Source: an uncultured virus (IMG/VR IMGVR_UViG_3300044959_000200)
Taxonomy: Duplodnaviria > Heunggongvirae > Uroviricota > Caudoviricetes
Direction: 5' to 3' (one strand)
IMG/VR virus record: IMGVR_UViG_3300044959_000200
Span: 1 to 64,000 of that record
DNA: 64,000 nucleotides
Program-made: the position numbers and the translations under genes
In this document: positions 26,945 to 38,029 of the stretch, in pieces
Layout of the letters: every line of letters begins with the position of its first letter
Numbering within the stretch: the stretch's first letter is position 1
The notes under the pieces: generated by a model
What the model was told of the DNA's origin: nothing
Seen by the model: only the letters and a program-made list of their open reading frames with translations
The model's database searches: none

Positions 26945-29900
26945 ATGCCCTCGAACGAGGATTTGTCTCCGTTTGATCTACAGTACAACTCAATGCAACA
27001 GCAGGCCGGGCTTCTTCCGGCTGTAGCGGTTCCTCCTCCCGTAATTTTTCCGGGACAAGTTAGCGCTATGCTCGCTGCTGGTGGTCCTGGTGCGGCGATG
27101 AGTGCGCTGTCGCAGACGTTTCCAGGCAGCACTTATCAAACGGTTACGGGAATGCCCCCGATGTACCAGGGGCCCACTGGCGTGCTACAGCCACAGATGC
27201 CAAGCGCGCCATATAACCCTTATCCTAGCCCTAATCCTTATGCAAGTTTTAGTAATGTAGGGCCGCCGTCAATCTTCTCGCCGCCATATGCGTCGCCTCC
27301 TCCCATTTACGCCGGGTTACAGGGTGGACATGTTGTGCCATTTGGGCCGGCGGCGCCGCCTTCGATGTTCGATACACCATATGCCAATCAGATTGCGCAA
27401 GCGCAAGCTGCTGAGGAACGTGCGTTTTCTTTACATACGGCTAGCCGCGGAATCTTTGCGCGTATTGGTACCAATGCTCTTGCAGGTCTTGTAGGAGCTA
27501 CGATAGGTGGAAATTTGGGCGGTGGCTGGGGCGCAGCGATTGGTGGCGCGCTTGGCTTTTTCGGCTCGGAGTTCGGTGGCCTCGGACAAGCTGGGCAGAA
27601 TGCATACATGAATTATGTCATGGGGCCGTCGATTCAGCAGCGTGCACTTGCCGGTGGCATTGAGCACCTTTCGACGCATTTTGTGCCGTTTGGTAGTAGT
27701 CTGCACGCTTCAGGCGCCGGTTTCAGCCATCATGCTGCATTAGAAGCGGCGACTGCTCTGGTTGACCTTGGTAACTCGGCGGCGTTTCGTCGTGAAACCT
27801 TTGATCGGTTTAACACACAAGATCTGGCCAAAATTACGCAAATTAGTGCGCATGCTGGTTTGATGACAGGGGTTACTAACCCTGAGGACATGGTCAGCCG
27901 TGTGCGAGACATTGCAAAGAGTGTCAATGCATTTATGGAGCTGGCCAAAGAGCCTGATATCCAGCGCGCAATTGAGACAATGGGCTCGCTTCGTGTGAGT
28001 GGGTTGAATCTAAGCGAAACCCTCAGCGCAGTACAAAGCGGGCGTTTGTTTGCGCGCATGGCAGGCATGACGTTTCAAGAACTTTCGGAAGCGGGCGGTG
28101 GCATGGGCTCAGCGACATTTCAGTCAATGGGATTGAGCCAAGGCCTTGGTTTCCGACTCGGCGAGGCCAACTTTGGTATCGCGATGGCGTCTCAAAATGC
28201 TGGCATTCTGAGCCCGCAGATGTTGTCATTAGTTGGCGGGGTACAAGGGCTTGCGAATCTCAATAACATGTTCAGCGCAGGCCTACTCCAGTTGCCAATG
28301 TTGGCGCCTGGTATGATGTCTGTGAGTGGCGGCCTTAATCAGCTCGCGATCGAAAATTTGCTGGCGGGTCGTGCAGATCTGTTTTCGATGACTGGACGTG
28401 GTTCAAATGTGTTGACGGGTATGTCTGGTCGCTATGGCATTGAAGGTCTTGGAATGGCTATTGCGATGCAGCCATTTCTTCAGGATCAGATTGGCCGTCT
28501 TATTGCTGCTCAAGGTCCGTTCTCTCAGCGCAACGTGGAGGACATCCAAATCATAAACCTCATGCGACAGATGAACATGCGGGGGTCAGCTGGTTTCATG
28601 ACAGCTGCGCAAGCGTTGGGTATGTCTCAGTCGCAAGCTTTGGCCCGTGCACAAGAGTTGTCTTCTGCGGGGTATTTTGAAGGGCAACGACAGCAGATCA
28701 ATGTAATGCGTCGCGAAGCGCGCGCAGCAGAACTGCGGCAACGAGAAGCAGAGGCACCAGGTATATTTGACACTCTTGCTCGTGAAACGGGAGTTGAAGA
28801 AGGACTTTACGGCATACGATCGGGAATCAAAAAAGCTCGTCTAGGCATTGAGCATGCCCTGCACATTGAGCATTTGATTGATGCTGCGCCGTTGACTGAC
28901 GCAGAACGTCGGCGTGTACGGCGTCGACGAGCGTCTGCGCAGTTCGATACATTTATGGAGATGGTGGGGCAAGAGGCTGTAGAGCGCAACAAAAATACAG
29001 GCGGCGTTATGAATGCGTTGCGCGATAGCTACGACCTAGCAGAAATGCGAGGAGGGTCGAGTCTGCTAAATGTGTTTGCAGCTCCGATTATTGCAGCGAC
29101 TACTTCACGTGCAGAACGACGAGGAGAGCTTCGTGATTACGCAGAAGGGCGCCGTTTGTCAGGCTTGGTTGTGAGTACGACAGACCTAGAACGGCAGCGT
29201 CTTGGCGCATCGGTATCTTGGCTGTTTGGTCAAGGCGAAGCTGGTATTCGTGCGCAACAAGAATTTGGTCAAGCTTTGGCTGACCTTGCAGGTGGTGCAG
29301 GACGAACGCCCGTAGGTAGTTTGGGAATAAGTATCAACGCAGGGTTCCGTATTGGAACAATGGCCCTGACACGTGGCATTATTGACTCTGGAAATATTCT
29401 TGGATCTGGCGCTACTTCAGGAGAGCAGATCAGAAATGCGTATATCAATGCTCTTCGACGCGCTGGAATGTCGCAAGCTGAAATTGAAGCGCGATTGGCT
29501 CAAGGTGGTTTGTCGCTTGCGGTGCAGGCAAGTTCTGGTGCTGCACTTGACGTAATGACGCCCGAGCAGCGACAACGGCTATATCAGGATTTGGAACGCA
29601 CAAATACTGGTGGTCGTGGAGGGGGCTTCAATGCAGTCCTAAAAGAGCGTGAAACTGCTGCGGTATCTAGACTTCTTGGTACTAGTGCGTCGGTAGAAGA
29701 TGCAACGAAGTTTTTGCATCAATTTGAAAACATCGAAGGGATTGGGCGAGAAGGCACAGCAAAGCATGAGTTTTCTCGCCGTTATATGATGGTACGTGCG
29801 CAACTTGTTGCAGTCGCTGGTCTAGGTGGGGAACGAGGGCAACGCGCACGGCGTTATCTACGAGAACTATCTGTCGAAGCTATAAGAAATGGGCTTAGTC

Positions 29901-30643
29901 CAACTGAATTGGCTCAGTTGGATAACCGCGCAAGAGGGATGGCTTCTTTGATGACAGATGAAGATAGAGATAATGCTCGTAGGTTTGTAGATGCAGCAGG
30001 TCGGAGTTCAGCGCGAGATATGCTGACTACGCTTGAGCAATCAATAGGCACATTGCAAGACGCACGTAGTGCTCGCAATATACGATTTGGTGTGCTCGCT
30101 ATGGCACAAGGCGGGGGCGCTATGGCACACATTCTACGAGGGATTACTGGCGAAAACTTTTCTGAGGCTGAAGTACGCGATCGACTTTTGGGTGCTTATC
30201 GTGAAGATATTGATCGGCTTGCTGAAAGTAATCCAGAGTTGGCTCGTGCAATTCGTAGATATCAACAGAGTAGTGGACTGGATACTCGTGCTTACGCCGT
30301 AATTCGCGAATATTTTGCACGACGAGGTGAGCGCGGGGAAGAAGAGCGACGACGATATCGCGAAGAACGTGGATTTATGGGTACCATTTTGGATGCGTTG
30401 TTTTCTGGTCGTGAGGACGAACAAGTTCTTGCAAGACTTCGTCGAACAACGCGAGCAGATACTGTCGCAGATACACAAGAAGACCAAAATATAAACATGG
30501 AAGACACTGCACGTCGTTCAGGGATTGGAGCAAGTGCAGATGCACTGCTAGATGCAAGTAGGGAGCTTCGACAAGTTTCTGCGAATTTGCGCGATGTACT
30601 GCAAGGCTATAGTTTAGATAATCTTGTTGGAGGTATGCGATGA
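26945..30643 (+). CDS. Tape measure protein
   Basis: 1232 aa Ala/Gly/Met-rich helical protein between chaperones and baseplate genes; Pro-rich N-terminus. Confidence 0.75.
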   Translation: MPSNEDLSPFDLQYNSMQQQAGLLPAVAVPPPVIFPGQVSAMLAAGGPGAAMSALSQTFPGSTYQTVTGMPPMYQGPTGVLQPQMPSAPYNPYPSPNPYASFSNVGPPSIFSPPYASPPPIYAGLQGGHVVPFGPAAPPSMFDTPYANQIAQAQAAEERAFSLHTASRGIFARIGTNALAGLVGATIGGNLGGGWGAAIGGALGFFGSEFGGLGQAGQNAYMNYVMGPSIQQRALAGGIEHLSTHFVPFGSSLHASGAGFSHHAALEAATALVDLGNSAAFRRETFDRFNTQDLAKITQISAHAGLMTGVTNPEDMVSRVRDIAKSVNAFMELAKEPDIQRAIETMGSLRVSGLNLSETLSAVQSGRLFARMAGMTFQELSEAGGGMGSATFQSMGLSQGLGFRLGEANFGIAMASQNAGILSPQMLSLVGGVQGLANLNNMFSAGLLQLPMLAPGMMSVSGGLNQLAIENLLAGRADLFSMTGRGSNVLTGMSGRYGIEGLGMAIAMQPFLQDQIGRLIAAQGPFSQRNVEDIQIINLMRQMNMRGSAGFMTAAQALGMSQSQALARAQELSSAGYFEGQRQQINVMRREARAAELRQREAEAPGIFDTLARETGVEEGLYGIRSGIKKARLGIEHALHIEHLIDAAPLTDAERRRVRRRRASAQFDTFMEMVGQEAVERNKNTGGVMNALRDSYDLAEMRGGSSLLNVFAAPIIAATTSRAERRGELRDYAEGRRLSGLVVSTTDLERQRLGASVSWLFGQGEAGIRAQQEFGQALADLAGGAGRTPVGSLGISINAGFRIGTMALTRGIIDSGNILGSGATSGEQIRNAYINALRRAGMSQAEIEARLAQGGLSLAVQASSGAALDVMTPEQRQRLYQDLERTNTGGRGGGFNAVLKERETAAVSRLLGTSASVEDATKFLHQFENIEGIGREGTAKHEFSRRYMMVRAQLVAVAGLGGERGQRARRYLRELSVEAIRNGLSPTELAQLDNRARGMASLMTDEDRDNARRFVDAAGRSSARDMLTTLEQSIGTLQDARSARNIRFGVLAMAQGGGAMAHILRGITGENFSEAEVRDRLLGAYREDIDRLAESNPELARAIRRYQQSSGLDTRAYAVIREYFARRGERGEEERRRYREERGFMGTILDALFSGREDEQVLARLRRTTRADTVADTQEDQNINMEDTARRSGIGASADALLDASRELRQVSANLRDVLQGYSLDNLVGGMR

Positions 30644-30894
30644 ATGCGCCGTTTACAGCCTTCAGTCCGACTGATCCTCCAGTCAGAGAGTTACCGCCAT
30701 TGCGTTTGAGTGTTATTCCTGGCACTGCGTTTGATGTGCTCAACGCAATGCACGAGAATATCATCGAAAACTTTCGTAACGCGACGGCGCCTAACCTTGT
30801 TTTTCCATCGCTTTGGCGTCTCGCTAAGCACATATGCAATGAGCGAGGACCCTTGTTCGTTTATCGTTATTTTGAGGAACCGCATACCACATGA
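30640..30894 (+). CDS. Hypothetical protein
   Basis: ATGA-coupled on both sides, GGAGG RBS. Confidence 0.7.
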   Translation: MNAPFTAFSPTDPPVRELPPLRLSVIPGTAFDVLNAMHENIIENFRNATAPNLVFPSLWRLAKHICNERGPLFVYRYFEEPHTT

Positions 30895-32066
30895 CTACTA
30901 TCTACGCTCCTGGTCGTGATCGCCCTCCGTCTTCAGGTAACAGGGGTGGTACATCGTATTCACCGTCCCGCGGTGCGGGCGGTGTGTTTGCTGAGTACCT
31001 TCAAGGCTTTACGCCGAAATATGCTGTTAATCGTGGTTTTCGTAGCGATCTGTTTCGCAATACACTTGCGCGTATTTTTGTTCGTGTTGACGCGTCAGAG
31101 ATGAACCTTTTTCTTGCGTCGATCGCGGATGTACATACGCAGCAACAGCTTGCTCCGCGTATTGCTGGTGATCCGACGCAGCGTCAACGTAATCGTACAC
31201 GCGGTGGAGCGGGTGCGCAGGATTCGCATGTCCGCGCTAATCAGACATTTGCGACGAATGGGTATCTTGATTTTTTCATTTCACAAGCGTCGATGCCGCT
31301 CCAGGAAAAGGTCGATATTAAAGACACACTTGCTGATAACTATGTTGCATTTTTCTTTGGGCAACAACCTCCGGTTTGGTCGTTTACGGGGTGGTTGCTA
31401 AATACTGTGCAGGACGATCAAACAACTAATTTTCTACGTCTTTATTTAGAGATTCTGCGTGGTACGCAGCTCGCGCGTCGACAAAAGATTATCAATTTGA
31501 AGATTGATTCGTATGTAATTACCGGCGCGATGATTGGTGTGAGTTTCACACTAAATGCAGCGTCTGAAATATATGTTCCATTTGCGTTCCAGTTATTGGT
31601 CAAGCGCATTGATTTCGTAAATTACACTATTGGGTGGGTACCTACTCGTGCCTTTACGCCGTTTGCTGCCGATCCAAATGCGATTCCGTATGATGGACGC
31701 CCGCGCAATTCCGGTGCACGTATTGCTATAGCAGGACGTATCCCACCTGACACTGAAGAGGTTACGCCAGTACCGGACCGTACAGTGGACCCACGTGTCA
31801 ATCAGGCTGCTGTTAGTTCCGATCCACTGGCTTCAGTACCGCCATTGTTGCGGCGTTTGGATCCTAACGATCCTTCGTTAAATCAGTCGTACGTTGAGTC
31901 AGTTATAAACGGCATTCCTGGACTCGCTCAAAGTAGCACAGTTCGTGTACCGTTGCGCGATCCACAGCCTCCTGAAGCTTCGGTTTACTCCTCTCAGCCC
32001 GAGACGCTCAATTACACTCCAATCGACCAAAATCAGTCACGTATGCCCCCTCCTGTGAGTCGCTAA
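30891..32066 (+). CDS. Putative tail tube initiator/baseplate protein
   Basis: Beta-rich protein just downstream of the tape measure. Confidence 0.5.
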   Translation: MTTIYAPGRDRPPSSGNRGGTSYSPSRGAGGVFAEYLQGFTPKYAVNRGFRSDLFRNTLARIFVRVDASEMNLFLASIADVHTQQQLAPRIAGDPTQRQRNRTRGGAGAQDSHVRANQTFATNGYLDFFISQASMPLQEKVDIKDTLADNYVAFFFGQQPPVWSFTGWLLNTVQDDQTTNFLRLYLEILRGTQLARRQKIINLKIDSYVITGAMIGVSFTLNAASEIYVPFAFQLLVKRIDFVNYTIGWVPTRAFTPFAADPNAIPYDGRPRNSGARIAIAGRIPPDTEEVTPVPDRTVDPRVNQAAVSSDPLASVPPLLRRLDPNDPSLNQSYVESVINGIPGLAQSSTVRVPLRDPQPPEASVYSSQPETLNYTPIDQNQSRMPPPVSR

Positions 32067-33181
32067 TGACTACACTTACGGTTTCATTACAGGACAAGGA
32101 GCTATGGAGTGCGCCGTATCGATTTACGGTGCGTGTAGATGGCATTGACTTCTCTGTGCCAAATAAATCGCTTGTCATTTTTAGTGGACAATCGTTGTTT
32201 TATTCATGGATTGACAATACGATTTTTACGCAGTCAGGCATTGAGCAAGAGACTGTCGTAGGTAATGATTATTTGTTTGTAACGATTACGGTTATCGACG
32301 CACCTCCTCCTGGCGTTGTCATCAAGTTATTCGTTATTTACAAAGATGACGAGACGTCCGACATTGTTGTTACGCGCGAGGTGTGTGTTGGTAACATCGT
32401 GATTTTTGCACAGAGTCCAACACCTAATCAAATCGATGTGCCTGTAATTGCTCCACTTATTCTTGCTGCCCGAGTTGATCCTGGTTTACAGTTTGTAAGT
32501 AGTGCGTTGACGCTCAACAGCATACCAATCAATGATTCTATTACTGGTACGTTTTTGAGACCTGACTTTACAGGCTACAGTAACATTGTTGGCAATGCGC
32601 TCTCAGTTAAAGTTGTTCCACGACGCGCTTACGATAATGACGCATCTGTTAGTGTAAATTGGAAAATTGAAGTTAGTCCTGATTCTGAGCGTCGCTTTGC
32701 TTCGGCGTTTACATGGACGTTCTATACTGTGAAACGCGCTACGCGCGTACTGAATCCTGCGCTACAGCGCACAGCACTTGATCGTCCGGCAGCAGTAGAT
32801 ATCGTAGAAATCTTTCGGCAGGCAGCATTTGACGCCCTTGTACCGCCGCGCTCAACAGCACCTACAGCTGTTGTGTTTTACGCTGCTGTGCAACAGTCAA
32901 GTCTTGCGTCGCTTGCACCGATGCTACCTGGTGCTGCTGTTCTCGCTGTTGAGACGCCGCACTTACTTGCGCATGACATAGCGTCGCCAGTTGAGGTAGC
33001 GGCTAAGCTTGACGCTGTAAAGATTTTTTGGCCTGGCTTACTTCAAGTTCTTGTGCGTGATGCGAATATATCACCGCAAATTGCAGAGTTGCTCGATCGC
33101 GCGTGGCATTCAGAGTATCCAGCCGATCGAGGCGGTGCCATTGCTGCGGCATTGCTGTACGCCGTACACATTGCTATTTAA
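32066..33181 (+). CDS. Putative virion structural protein
   Basis: 371 aa, Ig-like beta pattern, in tail operon. Confidence 0.55.
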   Translation: MTTLTVSLQDKELWSAPYRFTVRVDGIDFSVPNKSLVIFSGQSLFYSWIDNTIFTQSGIEQETVVGNDYLFVTITVIDAPPPGVVIKLFVIYKDDETSDIVVTREVCVGNIVIFAQSPTPNQIDVPVIAPLILAARVDPGLQFVSSALTLNSIPINDSITGTFLRPDFTGYSNIVGNALSVKVVPRRAYDNDASVSVNWKIEVSPDSERRFASAFTWTFYTVKRATRVLNPALQRTALDRPAAVDIVEIFRQAAFDALVPPRSTAPTAVVFYAAVQQSSLASLAPMLPGAAVLAVETPHLLAHDIASPVEVAAKLDAVKIFWPGLLQVLVRDANISPQIAELLDRAWHSEYPADRGGAIAAALLYAVHIAI

Positions 33182-33193
33182 GATCAAAGAGCA

Positions 33194-36100
33194 ATGACCT
33201 TTGATCCTACCGCCACACGTTCCGGCAGTATTTTCTCTGATGTTCCTAATTACGCTGCTGCGTGGGTTTGCTACATTAACGGACGCGAAGTCCCAATCCT
33301 CGGTTTCGAAGTTTCGTATGGTGTTTGGCAAATTCCAACATTTCGCATTCATTGCGTTCCGGATGTAACGATCCAGCGTCTTGGTCATGAGGATCGTGTA
33401 CCGGTACAGATTTTTTATTTAGACGAATGGGCTAACGATACACCGACGTTCCGTTTACTTGTTGATGGTGAGATCGTAGGTTGGAGTTTTTCATCGTCGT
33501 CGGGTTCTCGTGCAATTGTATTTAGTTGCATTGCAAACATTCATATATTTCAGCAATTGTACTTTTTTTACATGACGAACGTTGATGACATCGTTGCGTC
33601 GCGTTCGCCAGAAGTACTTGCGCAAGGGTTTTCAACGCCAGGGCTACTCTATCCATATGCGATCTTCCACCAAGGTTTACTCACGACCGCTGCGCAAGCT
33701 GAAGCAGTTACGCCCCGTACGCAAGATCAGCAAGCTGCGTCTAATGCTTTAGCTGCAAGTGAAGACGCGGCTGATACGCAGGAAGCGACGGCACTTATCA
33801 AAGCGCCGTATGAATTGGTTACTAACGTTATTAAGGGATGTATTTCATCGGATGTTCCGAACGATCGGCGTGCCGTGCCTATGATGAATTTTTTTGCACG
33901 CTACATCCGCAAGATGCGTTTTCATAATCGTTGGGTGCGATTGCCGATTTTTGAAGATGCTGCAACGCTAGTCGATCGTCAGGGAGTTTTCCCTATTTTC
34001 AATGCTGCACGTAGTGATCAAGCTTTGATTGCAATGCAGCGACAAGTTGTGTCGCAAGTTGGCAACTCGGGTCCTGTTTGGAATCTCTTCCAGCAAGTGC
34101 TTGGACTTGTCTACATGGACATTGCGATGATTCCAAACCCTGCGTGCGTACAAGTTCAACTTGCACCAGCGGGGCCTAATCAGCCTGAGGAAGGCAAAAT
34201 TTTGCGTTTGTTAGATGACCGCGCAGCAACGATAACGACACGAAGAAGCGTAAATCAGCAGCAGTTGCGTGAGCGCGCCAATCAAATTGCTGACGAATTG
34301 CGCCGTGTGCTTGACTCCCAGGTCGAAATTGGCCCAAATCTTCCTATTGATCCAGCATTACTTGAAGAAGCTGGATTAACTTCAACGCCAGCTAATTCGT
34401 CCGTAATTGACGAAGAACAGATTTTTCAGACGTTACTGCGACGTGCAAATGAAGCTGCGGCTCGCAATGGCGATACCGACAGAACGATAGTAAACCCAAT
34501 GGAGCCGATTCGATTGGCTCAATACGCCGTAAAGCCGCAGTTCCTATTTGGTGAGGTTCCGGCGTGTAACGTTATTATGCCGTCTATGATCGACTCGTGG
34601 ACGTATGACGAGTCGTATATTAATCAGCCAACGCGAATCTACGTTAATGACAGCGTTATGACGCGATTGCTGCGTGCACAAGGTAGCAATCGCGAATTCA
34701 TGCTTCATGCGCTTACTGTAGGCTACCCTGAGGAGGCCGATGCCTTAATGCACCATCGTGTTGCATCAAGTGCAAATGAGGGTGCAGGAGGTGCACCAGG
34801 TGCGACTGAATCGGGACGTAATTTGTTGATTTGGCCAGAAGAGTTTTACAAGGGTCCTGTTACGGCGCGTATGTCACTGCCGTCATGGTTTCAAATGCTT
34901 CGGCAGTTCGCAAACAGCCAAGGTGCTGAGGAAACTTCGACATCGCAGTCATCGACGAGTGGACAGAGTGCCCAGTTACCTGCGAACATTGTTCCACTTA
35001 CAACGCGCTCTGTTGAAATTCCGCGATCGACAACTTACGACATTAACAACGCGTTAATTGCGTCAACGACTGATCAAACGCAGGCAACTTATGCGTCCCG
35101 AGTATCTTTAGGTAACATTGTTCGCGTTTCACTTAATGGTTCACCCGCACCCCGTTTTTGGCTACAAACTGGTGGTGGCCTTGATCCAGCGAATTATGTG
35201 ATTGCACAGCAAACGGCCCTTTGGCCATTGCCTCCTCCACGCACTACAAACAGACGTGGACGGCAAGCGCAGAGTGATACGGCGTTTGAACGCCGTTCAA
35301 CAGTGCAAAAGATGGCGCAAATGATGCGCCTGTTGTTACCTATTTGTCGACAAGCGTTTAGTGGTTTAACTGAAGATCAGCTTTTTGCAGTGACGTTTGC
35401 TCTGTACTGGGTATCATTCAACGAGCAGGGCGTTACAGGCTACGTTTCATGGGCTCTCGGTAATCAAAAGCAGTACGCTACTTCACCAGTCGGACATTGG
35501 ACAATCAATCCGTGGGATCGGCAGCCCTATGTCGCTGCTACAAGTCCGCAAGAAGGTGCGCAGCGATTTGTCAATTGGCTGCTTCATAATCAGCAGATGG
35601 CGTTGCGTGTACTGCTTACGGGGCGTGGTAGCGCAGAATTTAACGCTTTTGCTGCATCGCGCGGTTATACAACTAATCCGTTTTGGCAGGATTATGCACC
35701 TATCCGTCCGGATCTTTATTACATCGCGCTTGGCTATGGCGGTTACTACAACACTGAAAAAGTTTCAGATCCTGAACAACGGGGCGATATAGGCTTTGCA
35801 CGCACGCGATCGCAAGCAAGCTTCTTTACACGCATTCGTTCGCTGTTTCGCGAAAATAAGATTCCTCCTGATGTCATTTCGGAACGACCTTTTGCAGGTG
35901 CCGTTTACCGCCCATTGATTCGAGAAGAGGATCGCCCGTTGTTGAATTGGGGCCGTCCGCGTGCGCAGGAAACTGTTGTTACGCGTCGTATTCCAAGAAT
36001 TGCTGCAAGTGGGCAAACAGCGCTACCTGGCACGGCTAACGTAGGTGCTACACAGCCTAATCGTGAAGGTGTTCCTAGTGGCACTGCACAGCAAACTGTG

Positions 36101-37318
36101 CAGGGAGTGACATACGGGGACGTAGTCAACGCGCAAGAAGAAACTGAAGGCAACCAGTTTGCCAGACTTTTTCGGCTATATGCGCAATACGAGTATCTCA
36201 AACAACGCTATTCACAGCGTAATGCAGGAGCGAATCTGCGTTTCAATCCATATCTTGTTCCTGGCTTTCCTGCAATGCTGTTTGATTCGATGCGTACACG
36301 TATGCATTGTGTTGGATACATCCAAACGATTGTGCATACAGGTTTTGCTACGTCTGGTGGAGTATCGATGGCAACGACTGTGCAAATGTCGTTTTGCCGT
36401 ACGATACATGAATTTATCAACGATGTACGCAATGATGCTAATCGCTTTGCTGGACGTGTTACATCAGCGCCAGCTGAAATTATCGATGAAATCCGCGTAA
36501 TCATTCAAGACGAAAATCGCGCCGAAGAATTCTATCAGCGATTCTTTTACGGCGGCGCGCGACCTAACCGCGTACCAGCAGTGTTTCGCTGGGATCGTGT
36601 TTTGGGTTACGCGCGCGGCCTTGACGTTGAAGAGATCCAGATCATTGGAGACTCTGTTGAAACTCTTGTGGCGCGTCAGCAAGCTGTTGATGCCGCTATA
36701 CGTGCACAAGCCAATGAAGAAGCCACAGCTGGTGCTGAGAATACGCAGCCGAATCCGGCAAGCGCAAATTCGTCAGCGCGAGCTGGAGGTGTTTCATCTG
36801 AGGGTCAACAAACAGTGCGACATAATCTTGACCCAAATGAAGAACTTGCACCTAATCCTCGCACTGTTTACGCCGATGCGTTTGACAATTACCACGTGGC
36901 AATGCAGCTTGCAGCGCGTCCTGTGTGCACGTTAGAGCAGTACATTCGCTTTTGGCATGGTGGTCGGACAATTAACGACTTGCTTGTGACTGGTGACGTT
37001 GAAACGCCAAAATTTGATTTTGCGTACTATAACGAAACCGTCAACGACGTAGTCGCAACTGGACAGGCAGGCACTGAGATTCGTGCGCCGACAAGTCGCG
37101 CGTCTGCTGTGTACTACGAGCGAATTTTTCGGCTGCGACCTGGTCCTGGTTCTGAACCGACTGTTGAGCAACGTGGTTATACTGATCCTCCCAATATACA
37201 ACCAAGCTCAACAACGTCAGGTGTACCTGCTGATTATCCGCAGACCCGTGCTGACTGGGACAGCGTGCTTGAACTTTACGTCCAAAAGGTACGTCGCATG
37301 CTTAGTCCAGGAACATGA
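33194..37318 (+). CDS. Baseplate hub-like protein with internal muramidase-like segment
   Basis: 1374 aa; hub-like termini (FNPYLVPGFP...GYIQTIVH); central E-G...LGN.K...GYY.T segment. Confidence 0.6.
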   Translation: MTFDPTATRSGSIFSDVPNYAAAWVCYINGREVPILGFEVSYGVWQIPTFRIHCVPDVTIQRLGHEDRVPVQIFYLDEWANDTPTFRLLVDGEIVGWSFSSSSGSRAIVFSCIANIHIFQQLYFFYMTNVDDIVASRSPEVLAQGFSTPGLLYPYAIFHQGLLTTAAQAEAVTPRTQDQQAASNALAASEDAADTQEATALIKAPYELVTNVIKGCISSDVPNDRRAVPMMNFFARYIRKMRFHNRWVRLPIFEDAATLVDRQGVFPIFNAARSDQALIAMQRQVVSQVGNSGPVWNLFQQVLGLVYMDIAMIPNPACVQVQLAPAGPNQPEEGKILRLLDDRAATITTRRSVNQQQLRERANQIADELRRVLDSQVEIGPNLPIDPALLEEAGLTSTPANSSVIDEEQIFQTLLRRANEAAARNGDTDRTIVNPMEPIRLAQYAVKPQFLFGEVPACNVIMPSMIDSWTYDESYINQPTRIYVNDSVMTRLLRAQGSNREFMLHALTVGYPEEADALMHHRVASSANEGAGGAPGATESGRNLLIWPEEFYKGPVTARMSLPSWFQMLRQFANSQGAEETSTSQSSTSGQSAQLPANIVPLTTRSVEIPRSTTYDINNALIASTTDQTQATYASRVSLGNIVRVSLNGSPAPRFWLQTGGGLDPANYVIAQQTALWPLPPPRTTNRRGRQAQSDTAFERRSTVQKMAQMMRLLLPICRQAFSGLTEDQLFAVTFALYWVSFNEQGVTGYVSWALGNQKQYATSPVGHWTINPWDRQPYVAATSPQEGAQRFVNWLLHNQQMALRVLLTGRGSAEFNAFAASRGYTTNPFWQDYAPIRPDLYYIALGYGGYYNTEKVSDPEQRGDIGFARTRSQASFFTRIRSLFRENKIPPDVISERPFAGAVYRPLIREEDRPLLNWGRPRAQETVVTRRIPRIAASGQTALPGTANVGATQPNREGVPSGTAQQTVQGVTYGDVVNAQEETEGNQFARLFRLYAQYEYLKQRYSQRNAGANLRFNPYLVPGFPAMLFDSMRTRMHCVGYIQTIVHTGFATSGGVSMATTVQMSFCRTIHEFINDVRNDANRFAGRVTSAPAEIIDEIRVIIQDENRAEEFYQRFFYGGARPNRVPAVFRWDRVLGYARGLDVEEIQIIGDSVETLVARQQAVDAAIRAQANEEATAGAENTQPNPASANSSARAGGVSSEGQQTVRHNLDPNEELAPNPRTVYADAFDNYHVAMQLAARPVCTLEQYIRFWHGGRTINDLLVTGDVETPKFDFAYYNETVNDVVATGQAGTEIRAPTSRASAVYYERIFRLRPGPGSEPTVEQRGYTDPPNIQPSSTTSGVPADYPQTRADWDSVLELYVQKVRRMLSPGT

Positions 37319-37327
37319 GTTATTGCT

Positions 37328-38026
37328 ATGGACGACACAAAGAATCGCGATCTAGAACTGTGGCGGCAGTGGAAACGAACGCAGTCGCCAGCTGATCTTG
37401 AAGCTCTGATCAAGCAGATGTGGCCGGTAATTAGGCGAGAGACTATGCGCTGGTCTGCCATTGTGCCACAGACAATGCTTGAAAATGAAGCAAAGCTGTT
37501 AGCTATCAAAGCGTTTCAAACTTATAGCCCAACAGCAGGAGCGTCACTTTCAACGCATTTGACTAATCAACTTCAAAAGCTTTCACGTACGGCGTACGCG
37601 AGGCAGTCGACGCTTGGTGTGCCTGAGCAAAAACGGTTGCTGTTTAACAACTACAACAGGGCATACCGTGAGCTCGAAGATTTACATGGTAGGCCTCCAT
37701 CACTCAACGATATCGCCGATTACATGAGAGTACCGCCATCAAAGCTTCGTGAAGTTGTAGATTTAGTGGGCAAAAAAGAGTTCATGGAATCAGGTGAAGG
37801 GCCTACCTTCATACAATATATGGACGACCCTGAGGTCGTACACCTCGCTTATCACGATATGACGCCAATACAGAAAAAAATATTCGAGATGCGCACTGGG
37901 TACGGAGGTAGTGCCGTAAAAAGCGGTAAGGAGATCATGCGCGCCACAGGATTGACGCAAGGACAGCTTTCGTATCAGCTTAATCAAATCAAAGCGTTGC
38001 TAGAGAAAGCGCAGCGGTTACGATAA
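37328..38026 (+). CDS. Sigma70-family RNA polymerase sigma factor
   Basis: Region 2 KAFQTYSP..GASLSTH; region 3 HGRPPSLNDIADYM; region 4 EIMRATGLTQGQLS. Confidence 0.85.
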   Translation: MDDTKNRDLELWRQWKRTQSPADLEALIKQMWPVIRRETMRWSAIVPQTMLENEAKLLAIKAFQTYSPTAGASLSTHLTNQLQKLSRTAYARQSTLGVPEQKRLLFNNYNRAYRELEDLHGRPPSLNDIADYMRVPPSKLREVVDLVGKKEFMESGEGPTFIQYMDDPEVVHLAYHDMTPIQKKIFEMRTGYGGSAVKSGKEIMRATGLTQGQLSYQLNQIKALLEKAQRLR

Positions 38027-38029
38027 GGT

